Below, one piece after another: positions 10,851 to 23,765 of a stretch of DNA of 64,000 nucleotides. Origin of the DNA: Nemertoderma westbladi (taxonomy: Eukaryota; Animalia; Xenacoelomorpha); assembly GCA_032718475.1 (NCBI GenBank), contig JAUCBJ010003514.1:1-64000 (forward strand), in the 5' to 3' direction. Position 1 is the stretch's first letter; each line of letters opens with the position of its first letter. The position numbers and the translations under genes were made by a program. The notes under the pieces are model-generated. The model had not been told where the DNA came from. It was given only the letters and a program-made list of their open reading frames with translations, and searched no databases.

Positions 10851-11834
10851 AATTATTTTAGAATAATTGAATTTCTGAATATTTTAGGGTTACTTGGTTA
10901 CTTTAACTTACTTTATTACCGCTATTTAAGCAGTAGTCCAACTGATATTGAGACCTAGTTGTTGTATGGCAGGCCTACTATTTATAAATCGTTTAAGTTG
11001 ATTTATAATATTTATATACCCGTTTAAAATGGGTTTTGTCAATATTCGAAATAAATTTTTATTATTTCTGGGGGGTCACTACACAGAAGCTGTGCGCTCT
11101 CAGTGAAGTGCTATTTATTGGACACTAAAACAGATAATTCTAATTTACCTAAGTTACTTAATACTACAAATTACGTACGATACGGGTGAAATTTATTCTC
11201 TAATTAAACACAACAAAATATTACGTACGAAATTTTTAGGGTAATTTTACAGGAAGTCTACACACCAGCCTAACAAAGGGTTAGAATTCTGGTTATTACA
11301 ACTGACAGGGTACTACGGTATTTGAAAATAATAAGTAGTAGTAAATACACTGCGTTGTCCAGATAGGAAAATACCACCGCCTGACGACCTATAACCGTAT
11401 CGCTATAGGTACTACGTTATGTATCACGGAGTGTTCCTACCTAGAAGTTAATTACCGCGGACTACCAGATCCAGCGTGCCTATTAACCACTTTACAACAC
11501 AAATATACTGCCTACACACTAATTACTTCGGAAAGCACTGTACACTAAACCCTAAATTAGGTACAAGTACTGGTACAACAAATAATCAGTAGTTAAATAT
11601 ACTTGAACAGTTAAAAGAACCACGGCATCTGCTGGAGTGACCGAAGCACAAAGTCACCAGTCTTGTCCTACGCCAAGCAGCCCGTGTAGTACCGGGGTTA
11701 ATTTAACTATAACGGTATGTATAACAAACACAATTACTGTATGAATAAACTTGGGGACATGAATGTTGCGAATAATCGCATAAACTCTGAATAATAAATA
11801 TTACGCTACCCGTACAGAATACTCAAACAAAATA

Positions 11835-12360
11835 CAGACCAAACGCTGGCAGACTACCACCAAGCCTAAATAAACTACTGTATGTGCAGATTCCAAAACG
11901 GTTAGTTAGTATGCGTTCTAACACGGTAGTACGACTTATTCTTTAAGAGGGGATTGACCTTACAGCTATGGCTGCCCCAACTTACTAACTGGCACTTTAT
12001 CAGACAAACTCTACACAAGCAGCAATCTTTTCAGACCTAATAATAGCTAGACAACAATCCAGCCTACAAAATATCTGAGTAATAACTATTACGGTACCTG
12101 AACAGACCATACAAACAAACACAAGCCAAAACGCTGGCAGAATACTGTCAAGCCTAAATAAACTACAGTATGTGCAGATTCCAAAATTGTTAGTTAGTAT
12201 GCGTTCTAACACGGTAGTACGACTTATTCTTTAAGAGGGGATTGACCTTACAGCGATGGCTGCCCCAACTTACTAACTGGCACTCTATCGGACAAACTCC
12301 ACACACGCCGTAATCTCTCCAAACCCAACAACAATCTAACAACAGTCCGGCCTACAATTA
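11835..12360. repeat. 288-bp direct tandem duplication in the BEL 5' UTR
   Basis: aaacgctggcag...ttctttaagaggggattgaccttacagc...gacaaact occurs at 11841 and 12129. Confidence 0.9.
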
Positions 12361-12534
12361 TCTGAACAATCTGAGCCGACTTACACGTCTTCAGCTCAAT
12401 ATTAACTTACTAGGAAATAAAACTGACAGAAATAGACCTAAGTAAAATCCCAATAAAAACCAGGCGTCCCCGATTTAATATCGAGACCTACCCGTATACA
12501 ATAATCAAATCGAATAATACTAATGTACTTATAC

Positions 12535-12665
12535 TGGAAGTACCGGTTAGGACAGTTGGGCCTACGGACCTACAGAAGTACCGGTTCTGACAGTTGGACC
12601 TACGGACCTACAGCAGTACCGGTTCTGGCAGTTGGGCCTACTGACCTACAGAAGTACCGGTTCAG
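12535..12665. repeat. ~39-bp tandem repeat (about 3 copies)
   Basis: agtaccggttctgacagttgggcctacggacctacaga repeated. Confidence 0.8.
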
Positions 12666-13659
12666 GTTTACCGGTCGATCGGTACTTTCAACTTTATTGC
12701 TTACTGCAATAAAGTCAATGACTGTTATTGTACGCGCTTTTGAAGACCTTTAGCAGTTTAACCTGCCAAAATTTATATGTCTTTTGGTTTATAAATATAC
12801 TTTAGAAGATGACAAATATTTAATACCAATAAACACAACATTAGCAGAAGCCAGCCTAGTGCGCGTCCATTCACCCGCTGGATATTCCCGGGAGACTGGA
12901 TTCTGAGGGCTTAGATTATTATTGCAGTGAAGCTTACTGTATTGTATTATTCGATTGATCGTTAATAATTAATTTCTGACTAATATTATTTACTTTCGGG
13001 AAATATTAACAGTTCCTTTAGGACGTGGCGCTCTATCTAGATAAACAGAGATATGACTTATACTAATCACAACGGTAAGTCGGTAAGGCTTAAGATTCAC
13101 GTATGAGGCGCATTCTTTAGGAAATGCTTAGTTATCAATCACAATCATGCACACTACCGGTAACACACAATACTGCACACTAATTTGCCGACCGTCAATG
13201 AATTTTATCATATATAAAGAGAACAGCAACGGACCAATGTAGTGCTTATCAAATAGCATTAAATTCACTACAAACCACAACAATATAAGTCGCAATCGCT
13301 ATATATAACCCGTCTCTCTAACCTGTAGTGTATCAAGAAAATTGGGAAATTTGGGTTCTTTATATATGTTCTCCAAATAATATTCAACCAAAACACAACA
13401 GTAAATAGCAGTATAATAATGTATGTTGAACCGATAATATAAAAATAGAAACCAGTTGACATGAATTGATATATGATGTGGACTGTGTATTGTTATGAAT
13501 TGTGAGTTGATTTGAGTTGCATTGAGTTGTTATGAATTGATAACAGTCATACGCTCTATAATTTAAGCCTACTAATGTTTCTTCTAAAAGTATGAAACGA
13601 ATTGATTCTAGAGCCGTTGTTCCTGGCCTAGACAGCAATAACAACAAAGTATCAAGAAA

Positions 13660-13990
13660 AAACAGTAAGACTGAACACTCTCCTTATGATCGACCGAAAA
13701 GCTACACGTCGACAGGAAAAATCGCTCTGATTGGCTCAAGCCAAACAAAGAACCATGCGTCCAATGGCTGTTTCCATGTCAGCAACCAGCTGTTAGAAGT
13801 CGTAATATGAATCATCACGGCTAAGCTATGAAAGGTATTTGGCGCATTGCAGGTTTTTTGCCTTACCATGTCTGCTAAAACACGTATATAGCAGAATGAC
13901 TTTTATGTCCGTTAAAACACTTGTAACGTTACCTTGCGGGCGAGGGGAATATATATACAGTTAGAGAACCTTTTTAGAGTATTCCAGCGC
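13660..13990. mobile_element. Non-autonomous interspersed repeat (MITE-like), related to 44500-44830
   Basis: Both loci share atcgctctgattggct, gcgcattgc and aatgactt..tgtccg..aaa blocks in the same order. Confidence 0.4.
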
Positions 13991-14026
13991 CTGGGGGGAA
14001 ACTGGATTGCGAAGCAAAGGGGCCAG

Positions 14027-16630
14027 TTATATCCCACAGAAGCTTTTACACACAAAGTCAACTTCAGGTTGGAAGAAAACACACTTCTTGATGTTGAGTG
14101 TGACACCATGTTTCTCGAAGCGTTCTAGAACATACCATACAGAGTTTACATTGGTATTGAAGTCATTAGAGTCTATTAGTGTATCATCAACAACTTTAGT
14201 AACGCTTGATAAACCATCCAGAACAATGTCTCCACGCCAGTTGTACGAATCCCCTGTGCTAGCATAACCCATTGGAGATCGTATAAATTTATATCGTTTC
14301 CATGGTGTTATAAAGGTTGTGAAGTGTTGATCATCTGGATGAAGAGGCATTTGCCAATATCCAGTAACAGCATCAAGTTTCGTAAAATAACGAGAGTTGG
14401 GATTAATGTTTCTCACCGCTTCAACAGGAGACTTTGCAGGATGTCTGGTTGGTTTAATTTGAGCATTTAAACGGCGTAAATCAACGCAAATTCGAACGCC
14501 GCCATTCGGCTTACTAGCGAATGCCATAGGGTGGCACCAGTCACATGGGATATCCCCTACTGCCTCGATAATTCCTAGGTTCTCTAACCGATCCAGTTCC
14601 TGTTTTATTTTATCTTTATATGCAACTGGAATAGTATAAGGTGTTCGAATTGCGAATGGTTTTGCATCGGGTTTTAATATAATCCTCATTGGTTCCCCAA
14701 TATGATCACCAACCATTGTCTTGAGTTCCTCCTTGCTCTATACTACGAGGAATTGGGTTGGGAAAGTCGTCATGTATAATACGAAATGCCTTACATGCGA
14801 CTTTACTAAGATATAGATTATTGACACCTTCTGCAATAGTAATTGTAACGTTTGCACATTCACCAAGTAGGTAAATCCGGACTACAACACATCCAAGTTG
14901 TTTAAGTGGCTTGTCACCAATGCTAAATATTTGCGGCCAAATTGGAGGGGATAAATCGGAAGACGATTTTTTTATTCCTCTAAGAAATTTTACGCCGGCT
15001 ATAACAACATCAGTCCCAGTATCAGGAATTGCTTCTGCAGTTGTAAGGAATTCAATGGTGTCCACTGTAAATACATCCATAGAAACAGTTTCGGTCGTTG
15101 GTACTGGAATGTGATTTGTAGCTGCTGCTTTTCCAATAGTTGTAGCTCCAACACTTAATGTGCTTGCTGATGCTTTAGATTTAGCTAGACGACATACTGA
15201 ACCGAGATGGTTTTTCTTTTTACAGACATTGCAAGTTTTTCCTCTGGCTGGACATGATGAACCACCACGGTGTCCTACCTGACCACAATAGCTGCACTTT
15301 GGATTTGCAGAAGTATTGTGATAATCCTTCTGTTTATCCGCCACCTTACAATTGTCAGTATTTTGAGATTTGTTCCAACCCGATTCCTTGTTCTTTTTGT
15401 AATTTGATTTTTTAATGGTTGCAGCAATCGAAGGTTTCTCTCCACCATTGCCAGTAGCCAGTGATTTGATGGCTCCATATGACTCTTCTAGAGCCAACAT
15501 CAACTTCTTGGCTTCAACTACAGTTGGTGGACGTTCTTTGATCACTTCTCTCCGAATTTCCTCGTTTTTCACACCGAGAATTAATAAGGCTATGTGAAGC
15601 TGTTACTTGTCAACTTCTACCCATTTAAGCTTTTCTTCAATATCTGATAAAAAGAATGCCATTGACGACAATTGGCGTACTTTTAATAATATTTGCCAAT
15701 CCAATGCTTGGTTGCGTTTGTCACGCAGATGTTTCTCAATTAATTGAATGGCCTCGTTTACGTGAGTTATCTGTTCATAGTCAATATCCATGACATGACG
15801 GACCTCTGAAGCAAACGAAGCTGAAAAACATGACCAAAGCATTCCAATCTGGTTTCTAGGTGGCATAGCCTTAAGATTTGATGCTTGAACATAAATGCGC
15901 CATACCTGGAGCCAACCATCAAATTGTTTGGCATCAATACCGGCTTCAATAACTGAAGGGGTTTTAATGGTTTTTGATGCGGCTGCTAGGTGTGGACGAA
16001 TTTCTGATTCGTGGGATCGAAATTCGCCATGGTGACCAGTTGGTGGATGGGTACGCGGTTTTAAATCAATCGATGTGTCTACCATTGCTGCTAAATCGTC
16101 AATAGCTGCAGCTTTCTCCCCCAAAGTAATATAGTCGTCATCAATAGATGGGTCAACTTCTGTCAATATACTAACATTTATATGCGCAGCTTCATAAGCT
16201 TCATACGCACCATGGAGACGTTTGAGTCGTTGGTTTAGTCGGCTAATGTCTGCAGCTGTTCTCTCTGTTGGATCCAACCTGTTGACTTCGTCGAGAGCTT
16301 TTATCAAGTTGTTCTCAGCCATTGTGAGTTGACCTTTTAAAGCTCCTCTTCGACGCTTTGCAGCCCCAACTTCATCTTGTTTCCCTGTCATTGACATGCT
16401 AACTTTAGGGTGAGAAATGGGATTAATTCACGTAGGTAATTTGATTTCACTGCGCCATGTTATATTCCATTATAACGAAATAAAATAATTGAATTATAAT
16501 ATGATAATTATAATATTTAAATGTTAAATGAAATAAAGTAACTAAAATCTTTCAAAGATTTGATAAATTAACTTTAGTCATAATTATTCAATTGTAATCG
16601 CCACAGAGCGAATTAATTTCCCCATACACA
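14027..16630 (-). mobile_element. Degenerate Gypsy (Mag/SURL-like) LTR retrotransposon: short 5' LTR (~16458-16630), PBS, gag, protease, RT; truncated after RT
   Basis: PBS TGGCGCAGTG (16457 downward) directly follows ...ACA. Twin knuckles CSYCGQVGH...C / CNVCKKKNH...C, protease PDTG, RT CVDLRRLN, FTKLDAVTGYWQ, VVDD. Split into three ORFs. Confidence 0.88.
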
Positions 16631-16814
16631 ATACCCCTATGATATAATGCTATACCCAATAACCACTGGATAAAGTACTTCAGCTGGTATTCAGTATTAA
16701 TATGAAGAGTTATTAGTTCGCATTGCGGATAGCTGTGAAATGGGAATTCCCTCTAATAAACAATATTGTGGTTCACAGTTAAATCAGATTGTTGATTGTA
16801 TAAACAATCATTAC

Positions 16815-18610
16815 ACTCACCTGACTTCCGGATCCATGATCCCAGGTAACAGAAGTCGTCCACATGGTCAAGCATACCATCCTTTGAGCTTATGCTCATC
16901 CGATCAGAGACTTGCTGAGGACTTTCAAAGTTAACTGTCAGAATTTTGGTCTTTCTGGAGTTAATAAAAAGACCAACACTAGAAGCAGCATGTTCTAATG
17001 AGCTGAGGAGCCGTTGCGCTCCCTCTAATGATTCTGAGAGTACTCCTAAGTCATCAGCAACGTCTAGATCAGTTAGGTACTTGGCAGGATTTCCTCGACT
17101 TCTGGAGCCAGTAGGTGGAGTTATCATCACCCCATCATCATTATAATGATCTAAGGACATGCGTAGAACATAGTCAACCACAATAATGAACAAGAATGGT
17201 GCAAGTGTGTCTCCTTGGAGGACGCCCCATAACACTTCAAATGGTTCTGTGTCACCGTCAACAGTAGACACAAATGTTGTCGAACCATCGTATACTGATC
17301 TGATTGCTGCAATAATTTCATTGGGAATCCCATATAATGAAAGTATGCTGAACATACGTGAGCGAGAGACTGAATCAAAGGCCTTGAAGAAGTCAACAAA
17401 GATAACAGCCAGATGCCTGTCTTTCCTTTTTGATAACTCTTCAATTATCCTTCTAAGTGCCAAAATGGGCTCCATGGTCCCACGACCTTTACGGAACCCA
17501 TTCTGATTTCCACGGAGCATTCTCTCAATGGGATCCTTGATGCGATTTAATAGAATCCTATTGTATAGCTTTGCAGCAATCGAGATCAATGAAATTCCCC
17601 GAAAAGAACCATAGAGTGTTAGGTTGCCCTTCTTGGGAACTGGCACCAACTTATTTGTTTTCATTTCTTGTGGGACTCTTGTTGTTCGGTACATGTCTAC
17701 TATGATGGGATAGATGAGCTTTAAACACTCAGGTATTTTAAAGACCTCAGGGGGAACACCATCTACTCCACTGGCACGATTGGTCTTAATACTCTTTGCA
17801 GCAGCCTTCACTTCTGCAAAGGAGATATCGCCAATGGGAATATCTGGGAGTACAGACTCAGACACTTTTACTTCTATAAAGTTATCAGGCAATACCCTGT
17901 CATTATTGAGGAGCTTTTCAAAGTGGGCTTTCCAACCATTGAGGCGATCGGCTGGTGATTCAGCCTTAACCTTGGTGGTTGGTTGGCTTTTCCGCCCAGT
18001 AAGCAGATTGATCGATTTCCATGCCTGGGATGATTGCCTGCTGTCGTCAGCATCATTGATGGCATCAACCTGTTGGTTTATTAGCTCCTGTAGAGTACTG
18101 CCTGTTCAGGGACCTAGATGCAGCCTTAACTGCATTTTTGGCCGCTGTAGTCTGTTTAAGTCGGGACTCTTTCTGCGCCTTATGAAGGTCATTTCGGCAC
18201 TTCTGAATTTTGTTGTCAGTCCAGGGGGCCCTTTTCCTGTTTCGAGGGTATACAGGAACTGTTTCTGCAGCTGCTAACTTAACTGCTTCTGTAAAGGCAG
18301 TATAGCCGTCACAGTAATCTGCCGCCTCAGAGGCAAGAGCCTCATACCTGTTGCTCAGCTGTAGTGTGAAGCTGGATCTCACACTTGGCTGTTGCAACAG
18401 AGAGGACCAGTCATGCCGCGGCAAGGCAGATTTCGTTGTTCTGCTAGCACGCAGACTAAGTCTTACCTTGGCCACAATAAGGCGGTGATCACTGGAGAAG
18501 GGTCGAAGTGTAAATGCATTACAGTCTTGTATAGAGCTCTTGTATTTCCTACGAAACAGAATATGGTCTATCTGGGACTTGTGACCACTGGGTGCACAGT
18601 AACAGTGCCG
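16815..18610 (-). mobile_element. RTE-clade LINE fragment (endonuclease C-terminus plus RT), frameshifted and truncated
   Basis: SQIDHILF...SSDH (APE); QNGFRKGR, FVDFFKAFDSV, GVLQGDTLAPFLF, DLDVADDL (FADD altered), YLGSWI. Confidence 0.9.
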
Positions 18611-18619
18611 CACCGGTAT

Positions 18620-18970
18620 GTCATTACTTCGAAGTCTCTAGCTATGATTCTCTATAAGCAAACATAATTTCAACTCTGGAAATGAGGCGTTGCAGAGAAA
18701 TTTAACTTTACTTCTTAAAACACATAATCCCTCGTAGCAGACGTCAGACTGCATGATTATTTACCAAACGTTATAAAAAAATTTACTAAACTTTCCCTCT
18801 ACTCCTTACCTACCTACTGTACTATGTTTGGTTCAATTCCGAACCAGCGATGCGGAGAAATTCGCGTTCAAAAATGTAGCAGACAGACAGACAGACATAA
18901 GGACGGACGGGCAGACAGACGGACATGCCACATTTATACCAAAGCTCGCCGACTACGTGTCTCGCCCCAC
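18620..18970 (+). mobile_element. Short non-autonomous element with (CAGA)n/(CGGA)n microsatellite and GC-rich end (Helentron/HINE-like)
   Basis: A cagacagacagac..ggacggacgg tract ends in aagctcgcc..ctcgccccac. The same end occurs inverted at 20938 and 53458. Confidence 0.4.
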
Positions 18971-19099
18971 ATACAGTACTAATACAATACATGGATTAAA
19001 ATAAATTGGTAAAATGGTAACTACAGTATTAAAGTTCCGCAGACGGATTAGTATCTGGGGCACCTGGGCGTACCAGACACCATCGGTGGGGCCGACCAG

Positions 19100-19885
19100 C
19101 AGAGTGGTAAAGCCAATTGAATGCCAAGCGGTGGTTAAATAAACAACCGGGTAACCATGGAATTACAGCAACAAAAGTAGGCCTAATCCAAACGAATCAT
19201 TTTTTCATAAACAAATTAATGTGACTTGTTAATTGATTGCATGCGACGTCTACAGTATGTCACTGTTGGGATTTAATTCGTGGTACTAGTCAGGTTTTTA
19301 CATCTGTTACTTAATTAGGTATATAAAACTATAATTATTAATCATTTTGCTGATTCGATCATCTATTTTAAAACATTTTTTTTAAATAAAAATATTTATT
19401 ACAGAGAATATATCAAAATTGTTTCTGAATTACAAAAGCTTATATCACAACGATAATACATTTAATATTTTTAAAAATTGTGTCTAAATTACTGAAAGTA
19501 TATGGAAGATTTTGTAGGCCTACATTCACATTATTCCGAGACACGGTTAATCTACTGTAGTAGGTGTCTGCGATTTCGTCCAGGCCACTGAGTACTGTGG
19601 ATTGGGCCAATTGTGTTGATAACAAGATAAGGCATAGGATTGTACGGGTGTATGAAGTGGGAGTTCTCGTGTGTTTGTGATAGAGTAAAAGGTTAAAGGC
19701 ACAAGAAAAACCATTGTACAGTATATTGTTTAAAAAGCTCGTTGACAGTTCCATTGTTCCTATAGCACCTCAAATCCAGCCAACACAAATTAAGGAATAC
19801 TGTACAATAGAAAGAAATATACTTTCCATGCCCTTTATTTTGTACTTATTATGCCTTATATAATTTGGTTTAATGCACTATATGA
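19100..19885 (+). repeat. Older diverged copy of the region at ~20270-21290 and ~52790-53850
   Basis: Collinear blocks: gggtaacca, cgaatcattt, cactgttgg.atttaa, tatcacaacgataatacattta, tctgcgatttcgtccaggccactgagtactg, tagcacctcaaatcca. Confidence 0.85.
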
Positions 19886-20937
19886 TTATGAATATGAATG
19901 AATATGGTCGCAAAGCAAGACAAATTACACAATGAACACTAAATCATATTCTATGTGCCTTCAAAATGGCGTTGGTTCCACCTCCGTAGCTCCAACAGTT
20001 CTGCACATAATGTCATACTGTCTAATTATTTAGTAATTAAAGTATTATAATTTAAAAGCCAAGTTTTTGTAGAGCTCACCGAGACAAACAATAACGCTAG
20101 TCATTGTATATACAATAATAATTGTTCCGAGCCAAAAGTATAAGCCATAGCAACAGTACAGTAGGTCATGCAATATTAATCAAGGAATTCATAATTATTA
20201 TGTATACTGTATTAAAACCAAACCACTACAGGCGCCACCAATAGGCCTTCTGCTTTTCTAATTCAAGGAGTGAAAACCAAATCCAAAGTGGTGGGAATTA
20301 AAAAACCACAGGGTAACCAAGGATGACAACAAAATAAACGTAATTAGTCATGCGAATCATTTTGTCATAAACATATTATTGTGACTTATTAATAATCATG
20401 CAATGTCACTGTTGGATTTAAATTCGCGGTAGTCTACAGTACTTCTCGTGTTTTTACTTATGTTAGGCCTAGGCTACTTAATTCTTTATATGAAACTATT
20501 ATTAATCATTTTGCTGATTCAAGCATCAATGTTAAAACATTTATTCAAACCAAATTATTTATCACAGAGAATAATAAATCATTAAAGTGTTTCTAAATAC
20601 GATAAAAATGTTTCTGAATTACATAAGCTTGTATCACAACGATAATACATTTACAATTTTAACCAATGTGTCTGTCCAAATATGTATATGAAATATTTTA
20701 CTATTCCGGGACAGAATCTACAGTATAGGCTTATACTGTACACTGGGTATCTGCGATTTCGTCCAGGCCACTGAGTACTGTAGGTTGGGCCAACTGTGTT
20801 GATAACAAGATAAAGGCATAGCTTTGTACGGATGTATAAGAGATGGTTCTCGCGTGTTTGCTATAGAGTAAAACGTTAAAGTTACAGTGCATGAGAAATC
20901 CGTTGTATATTGTCAGAAAGCACGTTGACACTTACAG

Positions 20938-21155
20938 TGTGGGGCGAGCCACGCAGTCAGGGCGAACCTTAGCGCACAATTATAATTAGTAAATAGGGCA
21001 AAATTTCATGCCCGTCTGTCTGTCTGTCTGCCTGTCTCTGTGTCTGTCTGCCTAGGTCTGTCTGTCTAGGTCTGTCTGTCTCTCTATCTGTCCATCCGTC
21101 CGTCCAGATCAAATCGAACTTGCTCAAGTTCGCGTGCTGCGCGACGCCCCAGAAA
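20938..21155 (-). mobile_element. Second copy of the (CAGA)n non-autonomous element (also at 53458-53720)
   Basis: A (tctg)n tract with a gtggggcgagcc end. It is absent at the equivalent site of the older copy (~19752). Confidence 0.5.
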
Positions 21156-22052
21156 TTTGTTCCTATTGCATTTAGCACCTCAAATCCAACCAAAACTAAA
21201 ATAAGGTACTACAATATAAAGAATTATACTTTTCATGCTTTTCACTTTTTTTACTTATTATGCCCCTTATAATTGGTTTAATGCCTTATATAATTTTACT
21301 ACTTTTTATGCCCTGTATTTTTCCCCATTTTCCCAAAATAGTGGAGAGTTTGGGAAGAATTGGATAAGTGTAAACAACTGAAGGTACGCGCTGCAGTTAT
21401 AGGTACAAAAATTTAAAATTACGAATTCGTAGGATAGAATTAAAATGGGAACAAATAGTGTTTGACCTACATATTATATGCTTCGTACTCTACTTCTTAA
21501 ATGAGAACTACTGTGCAGTAGATGATCAATTGTTGTGATCCAATTATCACCTGACTCATTTAATGATTATGGAATTTTTGAGAGATTCAAAAACCTTCAT
21601 TTTTTATGCTCCATGGGATAATGCTCTGTGGGGGGACTTTCGACGCAGTAAAAATTTATCTCTCTCCAGGGGAATTCGTCGCAAATAACAGCTGATTACT
21701 GCAAAAATAAAACTGTAACCTGTTTTCATTGAGTTCGTTTATTATTTTGGTTAGAATGACGTTTTACTGTAACCTACTTCTTTCCCTAAATTGAGAATAA
21801 CATTTTAGGTTAAAAATTGTAGAATATTTGAAATAATGACGATGCTTTACCTGTATAATAATATAATGCGTTCCCTTTTTTAAATAACTATCGGTGAAAG
21901 CACCATACAGTAAACTGTACATGGTTTGTAATCCGTAAGGAATATATATGTAGGGCATAAAAGTACTTATGAATGGGAGATCTTTTAGGCTCGCTGCTTG
22001 GAAGCACGGGAATGTCACCACTAGACCAAGTTGCTGCGAGCAGCAAAGTTGT

Positions 22053-23765
22053 AGTGGGACAGTCTATATGCGTTCAGTGGGCAGTGGAACAATCTATATG
22101 GCGTTCAGTTGCCTTAGGACAGTCTATATGGCGTTCAGTTGCTGTGGAACAGTCTTTGTGGCGTTCATTGGCCAGTGGCACAGTCTATATGGCGTTCACT
22201 GGCGTGGGACAGTCAATATGGCGTTCAGTTGCTGTGGGACAGTCTATATGGCGTTCAGTGGCCAGGGGGACAGTCAATATGGCGTTTAGTTGCTGTGCGA
22301 CAGTCTGTATGGGGTTCAGTGGCCAGTTGGACAATCTACATGGCGTTCAGTTGCTGTGGGACAGTCTTTGTGGCGTTCATTGGCCCGTGGGACAGTCTAT
22401 ATGATGTTCAATGGCCAGTGGGGCAATCTATATGGCGTTCACTGGCTATGGGACAACAGTCTGTATGGCGTTCAGTGGCCAGTGGGGCAGTCTTTAGGGC
22501 GTTTACTGGCTGTGGGACAGTCAATATGGCGTTCAGTTGCTGTGGGACAACAGTCTGTATGGCGTTCAGTGGCCAGTGGGACAGTCTTTAGGGCGTTCAC
22601 TGGCTGTGGGACAGTCAATATGGCGTTCAGTTGCTGTGGGAGAGTCTATAAGGCGTTCAGTGGCCAGGGGGACAGTCAATATGGCGTTCAGTTGCTGTGG
22701 GACAGTCTGTATGGGGTTCAGTGGCCAGTTGGACAATCTACATGGCGTTCAGTTGCTGTGGGACAGTCTTTGTGGCGTTCATTGGCCCGTGGGACAGTCT
22801 ATATGACGTTCAGCGGCCAGTGGGGCAATCTATATGGCGTTCAGTTGCTGTGGGACAACAGTCTGTATGGCGTTCAGTGGCCAGTGGGACAGTCTTTAGG
22901 GCGTTCACTGGCTGTGGGACAGTCAATATGGCGTTCAGTTGCTGTGGGACAACAGTCTGTATGGCGTTCAGTGTCCAGTGGGACAGTCTTTAGGGCGTTC
23001 ACTGGCTGTGGGACAGTCAATATGGCGTTCAGTTGCTGTGGGTGAGTCTATATGGCGTTCAGTGGCCAGGGGGACAGTCAATATGGCGTTCAGTTGCTGT
23101 GGGACAGTCTGTATGGCGTTCAGTGGCCAGTGGGACAGTCTTTGTGGCGTTCATTGGCCCGTGGGACAGTCTATATGACGTTCAGTGGCCAGTGGGGCAA
23201 TCTATACGGCGTTCAGTGGCCAGGGGGACAGTCAATATGGCGTTCAGTTGCTGTGGGACAGTCTGTATGGGGTTCAGTGGCCAGTTGGACAATCTACATG
23301 GCGTTCAGTTGCTGTGGGACAGTCTTTGTGGCGTTCATTGGCCCATGGGACAGTCTATATGACGTTCAGTGGCCAGTGGGGCAATCTATATGGCGTTCAG
23401 TTGCTGTGGGACAACAGTCTGTATGGCGTTCAGTGGCCAGTGGGACAGTCTTTAGGGCGTTCACTGGCTGTGGGACAGTCAATATGGCGTTCAGTTGCTG
23501 TGGGACAACAGTCTGTATGGCGTTCAGTGGCCAGTGGGACAGTCTTTAGGGCGTTCATTGGCCAGTGGGGCAGCAGTCTATATGGCGTTCAGTTGCTGTG
23601 AGACAGACTTTGTGGCATTCATTGGCCAGTGGGACAGTCTATATGACGTTCAGTGGCCAGTGGGGCAATCTATATGGCATTCACTGGCTATGGGACAGTC
23701 TATATGACGCTCAGTTTCTGTAGGATAGTCTATATGGCATTCAGTTGCTGTGGGACAGTCTGTAT
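22053..23765. repeat. 30/31-bp minisatellite (~55 units)
   Basis: Units gggacagtctatatggcgttcagtggccagt (31 bp) and gggacagtcaatatggcgttcagttgctgt (30 bp), with +3 variants. Confidence 0.97.

Larger units (their letters stand above)
1971..13550 (-). mobile_element. BEL/Pao LTR retrotransposon, coding region nearly intact; 3' LTR not in window, outer end of 5' LTR approximate
   Basis: Order is gag, triple Cys-His knuckle, protease, RT, RNase H, integrase, with Pao-type motifs. A candidate PBS (TGGTCC..., 13221-13236) follows ...ACA at 13238. Confidence 0.9.

Noticed and set aside
11704-11716. TAACTATAACGGT, half of the I-CeuI/rDNA site
   Set aside because: Only 13 bp match, with no rRNA or vector context; chance.
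19440-19754. Minus-strand ORFs with LILLSTQLAQ..LSGLDEIADT in three copies
   Set aside because: Similarity is explained by DNA duplication, and starts, ends and frames differ between copies.
21969-23707. Many overlapping W/C/G-rich ORFs (also 54861-57198 and 61114-62164)
   Set aside because: Open in all three frames because the repeat lacks stops; mixed 30/31-bp units break any consistent frame.
22053-23765. CRISPR-like appearance of the 30/31-bp arrays (also 55048-57183 and 61159-62149)
   Set aside because: Units are contiguous with no unique spacers, there are no cas genes, and the context is eukaryotic: a minisatellite.
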